DNA of 63,777 nt, the filler included, from Octopus bimaculoides (lineage: Eukaryota), in the NCBI RefSeq assembly GCF_001194135.2. It is 6 parts of 5 records of this genome, joined end to end, with 100 filler letters (N's around TTAATTAATTAA, not from the genome) between each part and the next. Parts side by side here need not be neighbours in the genome. Positions count along the whole stretch, not along the records: positions 11,074 to 35,185 come from NC_068985.1; positions 35,286 to 43,552 come from NC_068985.1; 4 more parts are not named here. One strand, 5' to 3'. Made by a program: the position numbers and the translations under genes. The notes below the pieces were generated by a model that saw only the letters and a list, made by a program, of their open reading frames with translations, searched no databases and was not told where the DNA came from. Below are positions 28,751 through 41,820 of this stretch, one piece after another (the first letter of the stretch is position 1; the number at the start of each line of letters is the position of its first letter).

Positions 28751-29026
28751 GAGTTAATTAGTAATCTTGGATTAGTGTTGTGTTGCTGATTGTATCGACT
28801 ACATTTTATCATTACCGGAAGTAAAGTTGAAGTTTTGTTACTATTTATCCATGTCTTTATGAAAAATGTTCTTACGTCATGTTTAATTTACCTTCTCCCT
28901 CGTTTAGTAAAGCTGAATGCTCTTTCCCTCTAGTAACCATTTTTGAGGTCGGAAATGCACGTTTCTCCCCAATTAGTCATTTCTAAATTTCGAAGGAACT
29001 AGTCGAAGAGGTTAAATATTCGGCTG

Positions 29027-29066
<40 letters not shown>

Positions 29067-29329
29067 GTTCAGTAGTTTTATTTTTATAACGTGCTTTCAC
29101 TTCACTACCGAGCGCAGCTCTGTGCGCCTTGGGTTCGTGCTGTGGTTTGCTGTGGTGCTCTTATGTTTACTGTATTGAAAGTGTTTTGCGTAGAATGTGT
29201 GCAGTACCCAGTAGTGCAATTTTCTGTATGTTATATATATTCGTAAGTCCTGGTGTTTTTCTTATGTATTTGTCTGAATATTTTTTTATTATACCTAAGG
29301 CACTTACTATGATAGGAATTGTTTCTGTT
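29067..29329 (-). mobile_element. REL-type non-LTR retrotransposon 3' end with (AAT)n tail or target
   Basis: Minus strand TETIPIIVSALGIIKKYSDKYIRKTPGLTNIYNIQKIALLGTAHILRKTLSIQ* (stop 29167-29169), about 100-nt UTR, then (AAT)n at 29028-29066; 5' side lost in an N-gap. Confidence 0.8.
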
Positions 29330-29646
29330 NNNNNNNNNNNNNNNNNNNNNNNNNNNNNNNNNNNNNNNNNNNNNNNNNNNNNNNNNNNNNNNNNNNNNNN
29401 NNNNNNNNNNNNNNNNNNNNNNNNNNNNNNNNNNNNNNNNNNNNNNNNNNNNNNNNNNNNNNNNNNNNNNNNNNNNNNNNNNNNNNNNNNNNNNNNNNNN
29501 NNNNNNNNNNNNNNNNNNNNNNNNNNNNNNNNNNNNNNNNNNNNNNNNNNNNNNNNNNNNNNNNNNNNNNNNNNNNNNNNNNNNNNNNNNNNNNNNNNNN
29601 NNNNNNNNNNNNNNNNNNNNNNNNNNNNNNNNNNNNNNNNNNNNNN

Positions 29647-29874
29647 AAGAAAATTATGTGTTTGTTTTAAAATTTGGGATCACATAGACAGTATTTTACG
29701 TAGGATTTGGGCAGTTCCCATGAACACTATCTTTTGAACTTCAGCCATTTTGGGGTTTCCTAGTATCTGAGCTAGGTAGTAATCAGCCCGTTTCGCTGTC
29801 ATTCCCAGGGCACCTATGACAATAGGTATTGTTTTAGTCTGTCATTCCCAGCGCACCTATGACAATAGGTATTG

Positions 29875-29879
<5 letters not shown>
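29647..29879 (-). mobile_element. Second, different REL-type retrotransposon 3' end
   Basis: Minus strand KTIPIVIGALGMTAKRADYYLAQILGNPKMAEVQKIVFMGTAQILRKILSM* (stop 29680-29682); 5' junction abuts (AAT)n at 29877-29945. Confidence 0.8.
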
Positions 29880-29937
<58 letters not shown>

Positions 29938-29946
29938 CATTATTAT

Positions 29947-30175
29947 AACGGTGAGTTGTCAGAATCGTTACCTTACCAGGCAACATGCTTAGCGGTATTT
30001 CTGCATTTCGTCCGTCTCTACGTTCTGTGTTCAAATTCCGCCGGAGACAACTTTGACTTTCATCCTTTAGGAGGCAATACAGTAAGTACCAGCTGAATAC
30101 TGGGGTCGATTTAATTGACTTCTCCCCCCCCCCCCAACCTGCTGGTTTTGTGCCAAAATATGAAACAATTATTAT
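29947..30175 (+). mobile_element. SINE family B
   Basis: cagaatcgtta..gttcaaattccgcc..tttcatcctt..tactggggtcgatttaattgact..ttgtgccaaaa. Confidence 0.8.
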
Positions 30176-31548
30176 AAGGGCCCAAAATGAAGAGAGACGG
30201 GACTGACGGAAAATCCACTTACGCTTTATAAATAATTTGGTTTTACTTTAAGGAACTTTTCTTTACGTTGATTTTTCATCTCATTCCTTGTTTTAAGAAT
30301 GATACTAATAGACAATAATGGTTTTAGCCAGGCTTTCCAAAAGGTTAGACGTCGTCGATCTATTTTTAAATAACGACTACTTTGAGTAGATTTCCTTTTT
30401 ATCTAAACACAAATTTCAGTAATATATTCTACTTGATTTGAGGTCAGTGTGGTGAGCCTTCGGGATCGAAAATGTAAACTCATACAAGGAACGTCACGAA
30501 TCGCTGCTGTATTACATGATTAGGAATGAAAACGAAGTCAGCGCAAAAGCAGCATTTTGTATACAGGAGACACAAGACACGTTTAATTTAGTTTTCAATT
30601 ATTTATTTGTTTAACTTTAATTTACTTGTCTGTTTTTCAAGTGGTTTCTTCAATAATTTCACTTACCATCCAAGAATAAAATAGAACTGAATAAATATAT
30701 ATTTAGTCATATCTGAAAAAGTAACCTACTGGATTTCTGCTGCTTTTTAATTCATTTATTTATTTATTTTAGTAATTTACAATGACGCCATTGTGAGCAT
30801 TATCAATATCATACGAAAAGTATAAGAAACGCCACTTAAAAATATGACTGCGTGTATAGAATAATTTACGTGGATAAAGAATGAATAAAACGAAGAGACA
30901 ATAGGAAATGTATTACAAATATGGCTGAATCAACGAATAAATAAATCCACAAACGATAAACTGACAAAACAATAAGAAATGTTTTTGAAATAAATTCTAA
31001 AATTTTTTTTCAACACACAAACAAGCGAATATGAAATTTTAACAAAATCTAAATAATTTGAAAGTAAACAAAGAAACAAGCTAGAAGTCCGAACGGGTGC
31101 ATATAAAGATTCGTATAAGGATCATTACGTGATCCGAATTAGAATATTTTAAAATAAGTATTCAGCTGTTTTCTCCTCTTCAAACATAACATTGATTCTT
31201 CGCAAATAACGTTGATCAAGTCCAATACATTGTCGTGCCTCGTTGCTCGAAAAAGGAAACAAATGTTATGCTATCTAAAATAATTTTCTTTCCAAAATTA
31301 GACGCTGTTGTTCTTTTCTTTATTCAAGTATTTGTTTTTATATGTTGCTGTTATGTTCAGAGGGTGTCAAATGTTTACCATGTTAGTTGACATTCCGAAT
31401 TTCACAGTGTTATAGTAAAATTTCAGATAAAAATCGTTTCATGTGTGTGTGTGTGTATGTGTGTGTGCGTGTGTGTGTGTGTGTGTGTGCTCGCTTTTGT
31501 GTGTGAGTGTATGTATATATGTATGTATGTATGTACGTATGTATGTAT

Positions 31549-31652
31549 GTCATTATTCAGTTTATTTCAAGATTTCTTGCCAATAGAGAAAGAGCCGGTT
31601 TCTAGCCTAGATCCAAGGTTATTTGGAATTTCAACATCAACAGGGTATTTTT
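31549..31652 (-). mobile_element. Solo copy of the 3'UTR module found at 14293-14410 and 14449-14562
   Basis: Reverse complement of aaaaataccctgttgatgttgaaattcca..ctaggctagaaaccggctctttctctattggcaagaaatcttgaaataaactgaataatgac; flanked on both sides by (TATG)n. Confidence 0.75.
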
Positions 31653-31983
31653 TGTTTGTTTTGTTTGTATGTATGTATGTATGTATGTATGTATGTACGC
31701 ATGTATGTATGGGTGTTAAAACTCCTGATTCATAGACAGGCGAGACAACTCCAATCCCATTGAGGAGTGATGGCTATCGATATTTCACCATATTTTTGGC
31801 TTATCAACATTACATGCCTGAATCGAACCGGAGATGAGTCGAATCGCCAGTCTATGATTATATACAGTGTAAAACCATTCGCTGGTATGCCGCGGCGTTG
31901 CACCGGCGAACAGACAAAACATATACATTGAGTATGTGTGGTCGATAATGTTTACAACATTAGCGCTTCTTTTAATCCATGTG

Positions 31984-32355
31984 TGTGGAGGCGCAATGGC
32001 CCAGTGGTTAGGGAAGCGGACAAGCGGTCGTAGGATCGCAGTTTCGATTCCCAAACCGGACGTTGTAAGTATTTATTGAGCGAAAACACCTAAAGTCCCA
32101 CGAGGCTCCGGCAGGGGGTGGTGGTAAACACTGCTGTACTCTTTCAAACATTCTCTAATTCTTTCTTTCTGTTTCTGTTGTATTTCAAAAGGCCAGCCTT
32201 GTCACACTCTGTTTCACGCTAAATCTCCCCGAGAACTATGCAAAGGGTACCCGTGTCTGTGGAGTGCTCAGCCACCTGCACGTTAATTTCACGATCAGGC
32301 TGTTCCGTTGATCTGATCAACTGGAACCCTTGTCGTCGTAACCGACGAAGTACCA
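31984..32355 (+). mobile_element. SINE family C
   Basis: Colinear with 23019-23400 over the whole length. Confidence 0.85.
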
Positions 32356-34364
32356 CAAAGATATATATATATATATATCTTTGTGGCATTCACACACAAT
32401 TTATGATATATATATATATGTATGTATGTATGTATGTAAGTATATTAAATGTGTGTACGTATGTGTGCGCGCGCGTATATCAGATTTTTCACATAATAGT
32501 TAATTATTTAATTATTTAATTACAGGGTGAACAATCGTACCTGTAGGAAATAAATTGTGTATTTACATTTGTTTCAGGTTTCAAAACGAAAGATTTACTA
32601 AGCCCTAGTTTGACAGCATAAAGATGTGCATTTCTAAATATTTATCATTTAATCATACAACCGACGAACGACTATAACAGTTAAGTTCTTGTTTGTGATT
32701 GATTTAAATAGCGATTTGCTTTTCTGTTCAGAAGAATGAGAGGGTATTTAGCCCATGACAAGTAGTCAAAGAAACGATAGGTATGTATTGACAATATTCT
32801 TCCTTTCTCTGATGCAAACGAAAGAATTACTGTGTATCAATGCAAAATTTCATAACGAAGATGTATTCCGCTTTGCGTCTTGAGATTATTCTTTTGAATG
32901 TGTACGTTTGTCGTCTGCTCATTTTACGAGTAAAAATCGGCAACTGCATACGTGTCTTACTATTCAAATTTCATACTGATTCAATACAGAAACGTTATTT
33001 TATAATTATGCACTGTTTATTATTTCATTACGCAAAATGCTATAATATGGTTTAGAATCATTTATTCACCTGTTATTTATAGACACAAATTACTTTAATA
33101 GAAATCAAATGGTAACATTATCTTAGAACGCGTACCTTAACACTTTTCTATTCAGGAATCGTATAACAGCAACTAACTTCGTCACTTGACATTTTCTTAT
33201 ATATTTTTTAAACTTTCATTTGTAACATTATTATTACGTTATTCTTCACTTTTCCTGCATTTTATTTTATTCTGCAAATAATTATGCTGTGTATTTTCTC
33301 GTTATTTGATCATTGTCTAATTCATTTTTCTTCTTCCTAAGCAATTGAATACGTTTCTTAAATGGAAGTTTTGATAATTGCTTGTATCATTTAAAATTAT
33401 TACAATATTTCATGCTGTCTACTATATGAAGTGATTGCTGTACAGTTCACTTATCTCACAATATGTAAGAAACGCGAAGACAGCGGTATGGAATTTGAGT
33501 TGAATCATCACACACACACACACACTCTCTCTCTCTCTCACTAACACATACACATACACACACACACATATATATATTGATATTTCGTTTAGGCATAGCT
33601 ACACTAATGACCTGGTGTAGAACATAATATACATATATTTCAGAACACAATGTTAGATGTGTAATAGTAACAAAATGATGACACCTGAAAAAAGCTGTTT
33701 CTGCTTTAAGATGTGACGGATTGCTGGTTGAATCCCTGAGTAGCATCCTAGAGCTTCACCAGAGCCTACAATATGAAGTGCACTTTATTTGGAAAAATTA
33801 CAATTTCAGAATAAACAGGCGTTAGGAGTGTGACAGTTAATGTTGATGCCAGTGGAAAGATCTGTGCAAATGTAGAAGGCTAGCTCCTCAAATCCATAGT
33901 AGACCGTGGTTACATCCATTCTTCAACTGAAATTTACAAAAGAAAAAAGGATTTTTTGTATATGCATATTAGAGTTGAAGAATGAATGTAGCCATAATAT
34001 CTATAGATGTATATACATACGTATATACATACGTATATACATACATATTTACATACACAAGCACATACATGCATAATGGAAGTCGACGTCTGATCGAGCA
34101 AGGCTAATTCTTAGAATCAAAAGTTCAAGAGTTTCCTGTGTGAATTTATTTTGAGTGAATAAAATGTTGCACAGCATTGAACTCACTATTCAGTGCTATC
34201 AGCAATAATACCAGTGGCAAAACAGCGGTTGAGACAACCAGGAAGCAGCCACGCTTCAGGTTTTTTCTATTAGTTTACCTCTTCCTAGAAAGAAGTTATA
34301 ATGAAAACTAGGGTTCAGCCACACCCAGCTGTCAGCATACCAAGCAATTCATAGTATCCTGACA

Positions 34365-34490
34365 GGTGCTACTACTCCGGGTCAGGGTAGACCTGAGAAC
34401 ATTTAGTCGGTAAGAGGTGGTTCCACACTCCTAAAAACTCCCTAACCAGGACCTTACTACCAGATGGAGTTTAACGTCATACCTAAAATA
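34365..34490 (-). mobile_element. Degenerate retroposon 3'-tail fragment
   Basis: ctactccgggtcagggtagacctg..ccacactcc..ccagatggagtttaacgtcatacc resembles a common LINE/SINE tail; recognised from memory only. Confidence 0.4.
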
Positions 34491-35154
34491 TATATAGATC
34501 ATTGCTGTAATTCGATTTCGAACAATATTATTGCTTCATTACTCTCTTCAAACAAAACAGGTGTGGTTTTTCAGTCCTGCTAGGGACCTACATTCTTCTG
34601 CACTGAATAAGAAAATCGCCCTTATGAGCCTATGGCTCAGGAGGTCCATTTGATCCGTGTATTTATACAGGCTTAAGTGAGCTTCAACATACTAGAATAA
34701 AATGCGAAAATGAAATATTTTTTATTTAACTCAGAACGTCAAAATTTCAATTGTATTAACCTAACTAAATCTACACTCTTCTAGCAACAGCAAATTTTCA
34801 GATATAAGCTAACGTTTAAATTATTAGCTAATAATGATAGATATATATTAGCTAATAGTAATATAGTATCTTACATATTTATACTGCAGCACGGACAATT
34901 TATATTATAGACATTTAAATTATTACAAAACATTAATATAACTATTGTGACAAACATCTTCAAGCGTTTAAGAAATATTATGATAAAAGAATGACAATGA
35001 GATTGATTGTTGTAGATAAATGACATCATGATTTACAGAAATTAAAATCAAATCAAATGAAATATTACTGAAAAAAAGAAACTAAAGGCTGAAAATGGAT
35101 TTTAATGTGCGCGTATAGATGCGTGTATATGTGGGTATGTGTGCGTGTGTGTTC

Positions 35155-35185
<31 letters not shown>

Positions 35186-35229
35186 NNNNNNNNNNNNNNN
35201 NNNNNNNNNNNNNNNNNNNNNNNNNNNNN

Positions 35230-35241
35230 TTAATTAATTAA
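35230..35241. other. Artificial scaffold-join linker
   Basis: N44-TTAATTAATTAA-N44. Confidence 0.95.
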
Positions 35242-35285
35242 NNNNNNNNNNNNNNNNNNNNNNNNNNNNNNNNNNNNNNNNNNNN

Positions 35286-35318
<33 letters not shown>

Positions 35319-35646
35319 CATATATATATGTATTCATTCATACATGTGTGCGTAGGGGGAGTGCGTGTGGGTGAGAGTGTGTGTACGTGTGTGTCTGTGT
35401 CTTTGTGTTTGAACATATATTTCTGTGTGAGTATACGTATACGGAAAGGGATCAAACAGTCGATGGCTTGTATTTATGGTCGTTTTCAATATAAACTCAT
35501 ATGTGTAAGTGCTGATCAAATGATACGTCTCAACAATTTTCATTACTAGTAGTCTAGTGCATTTAATATCTAGTCTTCATGTATGATTAGCAAAATATCT
35601 TTTAGATGTCACAGATACATACATACAAACATATATTTATAGATAG

Positions 35647-35702
<56 letters not shown>

Positions 35703-35819
35703 GGAGGAATACATATATTTACATGCATACATATACAAATATATATGTATGTATGTATGTACGTATATATATATATACAAATATATATATATATNNNNNN
35801 NNNNNNNNNNNNNNNNNNN

Positions 35820-35881
<62 letters not shown>

Positions 35882-36528
35882 CATACATACATACATACAT
35901 ATATACACACGGTCACAGACACACACATAGGCGTGCAGAAATTACTAAAATTGTAAATACAGTTTGCAATCTGGAGAATATAGTTTATATTCCTCGCTTG
36001 TAAAGCTTTTACGCAGATGTGTGTGTTTTTGCGCGCGTATATACATATATATGAACGCAAGTGAATAACTTAAAAGATGGACAGTTTATTATTAATGTCT
36101 AACTTTTATTTACCTAGATTCCTTCCCCTCCATTAGAAGTTTGATTTTATTTATTTTCCTTAGTCTGAGCACTAACTGACTTTATTTATTATAGTCTATC
36201 CTGTGACGTCAATTTACCTATTATTTTATTGTGATGCATATTGTATATGTATATATCTATATCTTTTCCCCTCTATAAAAATGCATACATATGTTATATG
36301 ATTATAAAGTCAGTGTGTATTGTAATAAATATCCTTTGCAACTTATTAGAATGTACAGACATGATTCCAATTCTTTTAACTGTTCTTTAAATTAGTTGTT
36401 TTGGCTCGGCCACTGTTGATAACTGGAAGCGAGGAATCGCAAAACTTCATGAAACATTTCGTTTGGTATTTGTGTGAATTGCCGTTAAATGCCCGGCAGC
36501 ATTTTGTCGACTAATGCTGGTTTTGTAT

Positions 36529-36580
<52 letters not shown>

Positions 36581-36883
36581 CAGACAGAAAAAAATTGTAG
36601 CTCGAAAAACATTTGTGCACAAACCTTGAATAGATGGCCATAGCTAGATTCAAATGCCACAGCGAAATCTTTATGTGTCAAAAACAGTCGTCGGTCATAT
36701 CTAAGCTAATTATGCTCCATAATTAACTGTGAAAATAAAAATTAAAAGAAAGTACATGCATATGTAGCAGTCTCCGTATTTATTCTGACAACTAAATATG
36801 TGTGTGTATGCAGCCATATATATATGTACGTATGTACGTGTGTGTATATATACACACATAACAATTGCAGCGTGGAAGATGTT

Positions 36884-37144
36884 TCTAAGCCGTTGAAAAA
36901 CACAAAAGCAGTTAGTTTCACTTCAACATCTAAATTTTATGCGTTAAAATATTTTCGTCACTTTGAAACTGCGACATGTTCACTGACAAAACTCCGTAAA
37001 GATGCACCACGAAGTTTTGGCATTGACCAAGTCGCGGTTAGTGAACAGTTCGCAGTTTCAAAGTGACGAAAATATTTTGACACGAATAGATTTTAAATGT
37101 TGAAGTGAAACTAACGGTTTTCGTGTGTCCTCGAATGGCTTACA
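36884..37144. mobile_element. Older foldback/MITE-like inverted repeat
   Basis: 36884-36987 pairs with 37037-37144 (gttagtttcacttcaacat / atgttgaagtgaaactaac; aaaatattttcgtcactttgaaactgcga / tcgcagtttcaaagtgacgaaaatatttt); about 50-bp spacer. Confidence 0.8.
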
Positions 37145-37265
37145 TATATTTTGTTTAGGCACACGGTCTCAGATCAAGTCACTTGCTACGCAAGTACATC
37201 CCCGTAATATATACATTGTAGTAATATATGAATGTATGCATTTACTTGTGTGTATGTATGCTTGA

Positions 37266-37302
<37 letters not shown>

Positions 37303-37321
37303 GATAGATAGAGAGATAGAG

Positions 37322-37362
<41 letters not shown>

Positions 37363-37417
37363 TACACATACACATACACACACNNNNNNNNNNNNNNNNN
37401 NNNNNNNNNNNNNNNNN

Positions 37418-37457
<40 letters not shown>

Positions 37458-40178
37458 GCACACACGCATACATACACACGTATTTACACGCAGACATTCA
37501 TATATTACTACAAAAAGATGGATTTGTGAAATCGAGGTGATTAGTTCATTTGAACATCCCTCTAGCAGTAGTAAAAGGAAAACCAATTTCCAAAGCCAAA
37601 TTATTCCACAGAAACAGAAATCCAGGACCCTTTATTCTCCCTCTCGGAGTATAAGAAACCAAAATAAGTTGCATTTCTTTGTGACTCTCTCTTCGTGTGT
37701 CAATTTTATTAGTATTTCGCTACGACATCCTAATTGTATTTACTATCGTTTTATCCATTTTCAAGCTTATTATATCATTCGTAGACATTGATGAAATATT
37801 GGGCTTCATTTAATAATTGCATAACTATTGTTTATATGTTAAATATGATTTACTTCCCTCACCTCCTATTGAAAGGATCGTACTCAAATAATAAATGTTT
37901 ATTTTTTTTATATACGCGTAGATATAACTGTGTGTGTGTTTATATGCGCGGGTATGTTTGAATTTGACAACAGTAAAATAATGATGTAGTAGTATAGATT
38001 TTAGTTGTATTTTCAAAAGAACATAACGTTTTTCATTTTCTTTTTCTTTATGAAAACGTACGATGTTTAAAATATATTCGTTCTGATATGGTAAATATAT
38101 ATGTAACTTTTTACATATAGTATTAAAGAATGAAAATCTTTTGCTATGCCATTGCAGCAGCTGACGGTCAAAGTTTCATTACATGTTTCACATGCATCAG
38201 GCATGAAGAAAGATCTACATAGTGACAGTTTATTTAATTCCCTCACCCGCAAAATATTAAACTAAACAGACTGTAATTATATGTATTTACAACAAAAAGA
38301 CCAACTGAGTTTTCGCATTTTTACAGAATTGCCTTTTGTGTCTTTAGACATGCTTGCTCATCAGTTTAAATGACAGCATGGAACCTCTCCAGGGACTGCC
38401 TTTGCAGAAATCATGAAAAAAACACATATGTTTATCTTGTGTATTTCGTTTACTAAGTCTCATAGATTTAGATTGTAGTTCTCACAAATTGCCACAGTAT
38501 AACATAGTTCTTCTGTCACAGTATCCATTTGAATGTTCTATAGCACTTTATTTAGTATTGTAAATTTCTGTAAATGTCAAATATTTCGTAGCAGAAAAGC
38601 TTTACAAATATAGGCAGGTGTTGCCAGAGGAATAAAAAAGAATCAGAAATATTTTTTGCAGTCTTGACGTTTTCTTAGACTCCGTTAAAGGAATCGAAAA
38701 TGCCATAAAAAATGATATCCGAAATATTAGTTTTACATATGCGTGAGTGCGTTTCTCTTGGCTTGTATATCTACCACTTTCTTCTTTATTTTATATCTAT
38801 TTGCAAACATTTAGAAGCACATATGTTGATCTTGCTTTTTTTGCAGATATTTAATAAACGTTTCTGTGCTGGCCACGTCAGGATCAAAAGTTCGTTTCTT
38901 TCCTGCGATAACATAATCGAGATTTTAATTGGAGAAAAAAGGCCTGGTGAGAATGCAACATATGTCTAGACATGACAGAGAGCGGGTTTTAATATCACTT
39001 GTTACAAATAACAAGTCTTTGGTTTCACGTCAAAAGCACCTAGTTCATAACGTAGAAGAGAGGTAATTTCATTAATTATATAATATAAAAATACACTGAT
39101 TAAGATACTGTGTGACTAATAGAATAATTTAGTATGTATTTGCATTACAGGAAAACATTGTCAATTCCAATACCTCCGGAAAGGTAACTGGTTAAATACA
39201 TAATTCTGTTAGGTTTGTGGCACGCGAATTCAAAAAAATCAGAATTTGGCATTCACTCAGTGAGAACAGAGAGACGGAGAGAGAAAGGCAGACACAGACA
39301 GAAGCAGAGACACACAGAGACACACAGACAGACAGAGACAGACAGGCAGAGGCAGAAAGACAGACAAACAGAGAAACAGAGAGAAAGACAGACAGGGTCA
39401 GAGTCATAAACATGCACATTTGTTTTTATTCCCCCTTGTACTCGTTTACTATATTGATCCCATCTTAATATTATTGACATATGCTATGTTTCAAGAGGGT
39501 GTCATTGAACTCCTTGATTCCTTGATTCCTTTATCTTGATTCCAGTATCAGGACATGTTTTCCCATCGCATTTTTCAGTCGACCTATAACGATAATATAT
39601 TTTCCTGTGTCTGTATGACAGGAGTGTTATCAAGGAGGGCAACACTAGATATGATTGATTATTATTTTGCCTTCTATCTTTTAGAGAACGTAATGAAAGG
39701 GGAATGAATCGAAAAAAAAAACCTGCAACGTTTTTTATTTCTTCTAAGCCTCTGATCGTTTTCGAATAAAGGATGATATTGAGATAACGGCATTATTAGA
39801 CCTAGGAATTACGTTTCTGAGTATCGGTAATCAGATGAGTGCAAGCACGAAATACAACATTATTTTCACTTCAAAATTAATGTCAACTGGATGTACAGTA
39901 TTAGACAAAATGCCTTCAAATGCTCTTCCATTTGTAAAGAATATAATTCATATACCTTCTTGAATGAATTACGTAGAAGATCCCAGTATTTTTCCCCACC
40001 TCCCCGTTGTATATTTTAATTAATGCCGCTTTCTATATGTATGTTTAGTTCCCTGTCACATTCTTTCTTTCTGTTTTTCAGTAGATCTTATACGCTCCGT
40101 CAATAAATCAAATGCATTAGCTCCGTACGTTTTAAAAGATTCTACAAGGTAAACAAAATAAAGGCTGACACTTATTTC

Positions 40179-41820
40179 AATTAAATCGCTTCAATTTCAA
40201 ATTATTCTGTTTATTTCACTCACAAACTTAAAGAAAATACAATGAGATAATCAGACAGAACATTATATATAAAGGACCAACATCCATCAGAATGGATAAA
40301 TAAAATCTAGTGGGTGTCATGGATCCAATTTCAACCAATCACTCGCAAGTATACAATTGTTATGATTCCTATGTTTAAAAAGGTCAACGACAATGGAGAT
40401 GTGCTATTATCAGCAAAATTAAATTCAAATGAGTTGACTTTCCTGCATACTTTTTTCTGAACACTAAATTTTGAATTTAAAAAAAAAAGTCGTCGATCAA
40501 TTTATTGTATTGAGCTTAATATGAAGTTAGTGGGATTCTGGTTACTTTGACTTAGGTTACTATGGATACTTCGTGATCAACACGTTCACTCTGTAATTAG
40601 CATGAAGAAGATGGGTTAGCTTCTGCTGAAACATTCATCACATTGCATTTTTGTTTGCAGTAGTAATATCTGTATCAAGTAACGATCTCTTTCCTTCGGC
40701 TTCTTGTTTATGAAATATATTTTTTACGTACATTCTCTGTTGTATGTTGTTTCTTATGCGTTGCAGTTATATAAATAGATTATAAAATATTCACCGAAAA
40801 GCATTCGATTAATAAGGATAAATTCTTCGATCAGCATTACATGCTGGATTAACTACTGTACATCCTATTATATATGATCATTATATTATTGTTTTTCTCT
40901 TATACCCACAAGCATGAAATATGCATCTGCTAATAAGATATGATTTTTGACAACTTACTGACAATTCACTGAGTGAATAGAGACAAAGGTTGAGGTTTAG
41001 ATTTATACACCTAAACGTGTGTGGGGTGGGGGGTTGCGTGCGCGCATCCAATAACTAAAACAAGTAATTCTCGCAGAATACTGGAAAATGGTGTAAAGAG
41101 GAAGAGAGTGGTGGAATGAAATGGTATTCTTGAATATAGAATATTGAGAAGATGACAAAGAAGATGGCATACGTAAGCAAAGTAGTGGTGCTTCTTTGTG
41201 AGTTTTTGTTAATACATGTATTTAATATACATATATGTGTTTATGCAACTGTGCATCAATATGTGTATGTGTATATATGTGTGTATTTACGTATGTAGTT
41301 ATCCTAATTGTATACTTTCATTTAAATGTATCATATTGGATCCATGACACCCACTATATTATATTTATCCATTCTGATGGATGTGGAGGCGCAATGGCCC
41401 ACTGGTTATGGCAGCGGACTCGCAGTCGGAGGATCGCGGTTTGGATTCCCAGACCGGGCGTTGTGTGTGTTTATTGAGCGAAAATACCTAAAGCTCCACG
41501 AGGCTCCGGCAGAGGGTGGTGTCGACCCCTGTTGTACTCTTTCGCCCAAACTTTCTCTCACTCTTTCTTCCTGTTTCTTGAGTAAAGCTGATATGGACTG
41601 GCGTCCCGTCCAGCTGGGGAGCGGGAACACATACGCCATAGAAACTGGGAAACCGGGCCCATGAGCATGGTTAGGCTTTAAAAGGACGCATAATTAAAAA
41701 AAAAAATTCTGATGGATGTTGGTCCTTTATGTATAATGTTCTGTCTGATTATCTCATTGCATTTTCTTTAATTTTGTGAGTAAAATAAACAAAATAATTT
41801 GGAATTGAAGTGATTTAATT
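40179..41820. repeat. About 150-bp inverted repeat pair about 1 kb apart; right arm interrupted by a SINE
   Basis: 40179-40329 is the reverse complement of 41335-41384 plus 41720-41820, about 9 mismatches by hand count. Confidence 0.85.
41385..41705 (+). mobile_element. SINE family C variant with a different 3' module, poly(A) tail and 14-bp TSD
   Basis: Same head as 23019 and 31984 up to ttcttcctgtttct, then an unrelated 3' part; A-tail; attctgatggatgt at 41371-41384 and 41706-41719. Confidence 0.9.
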
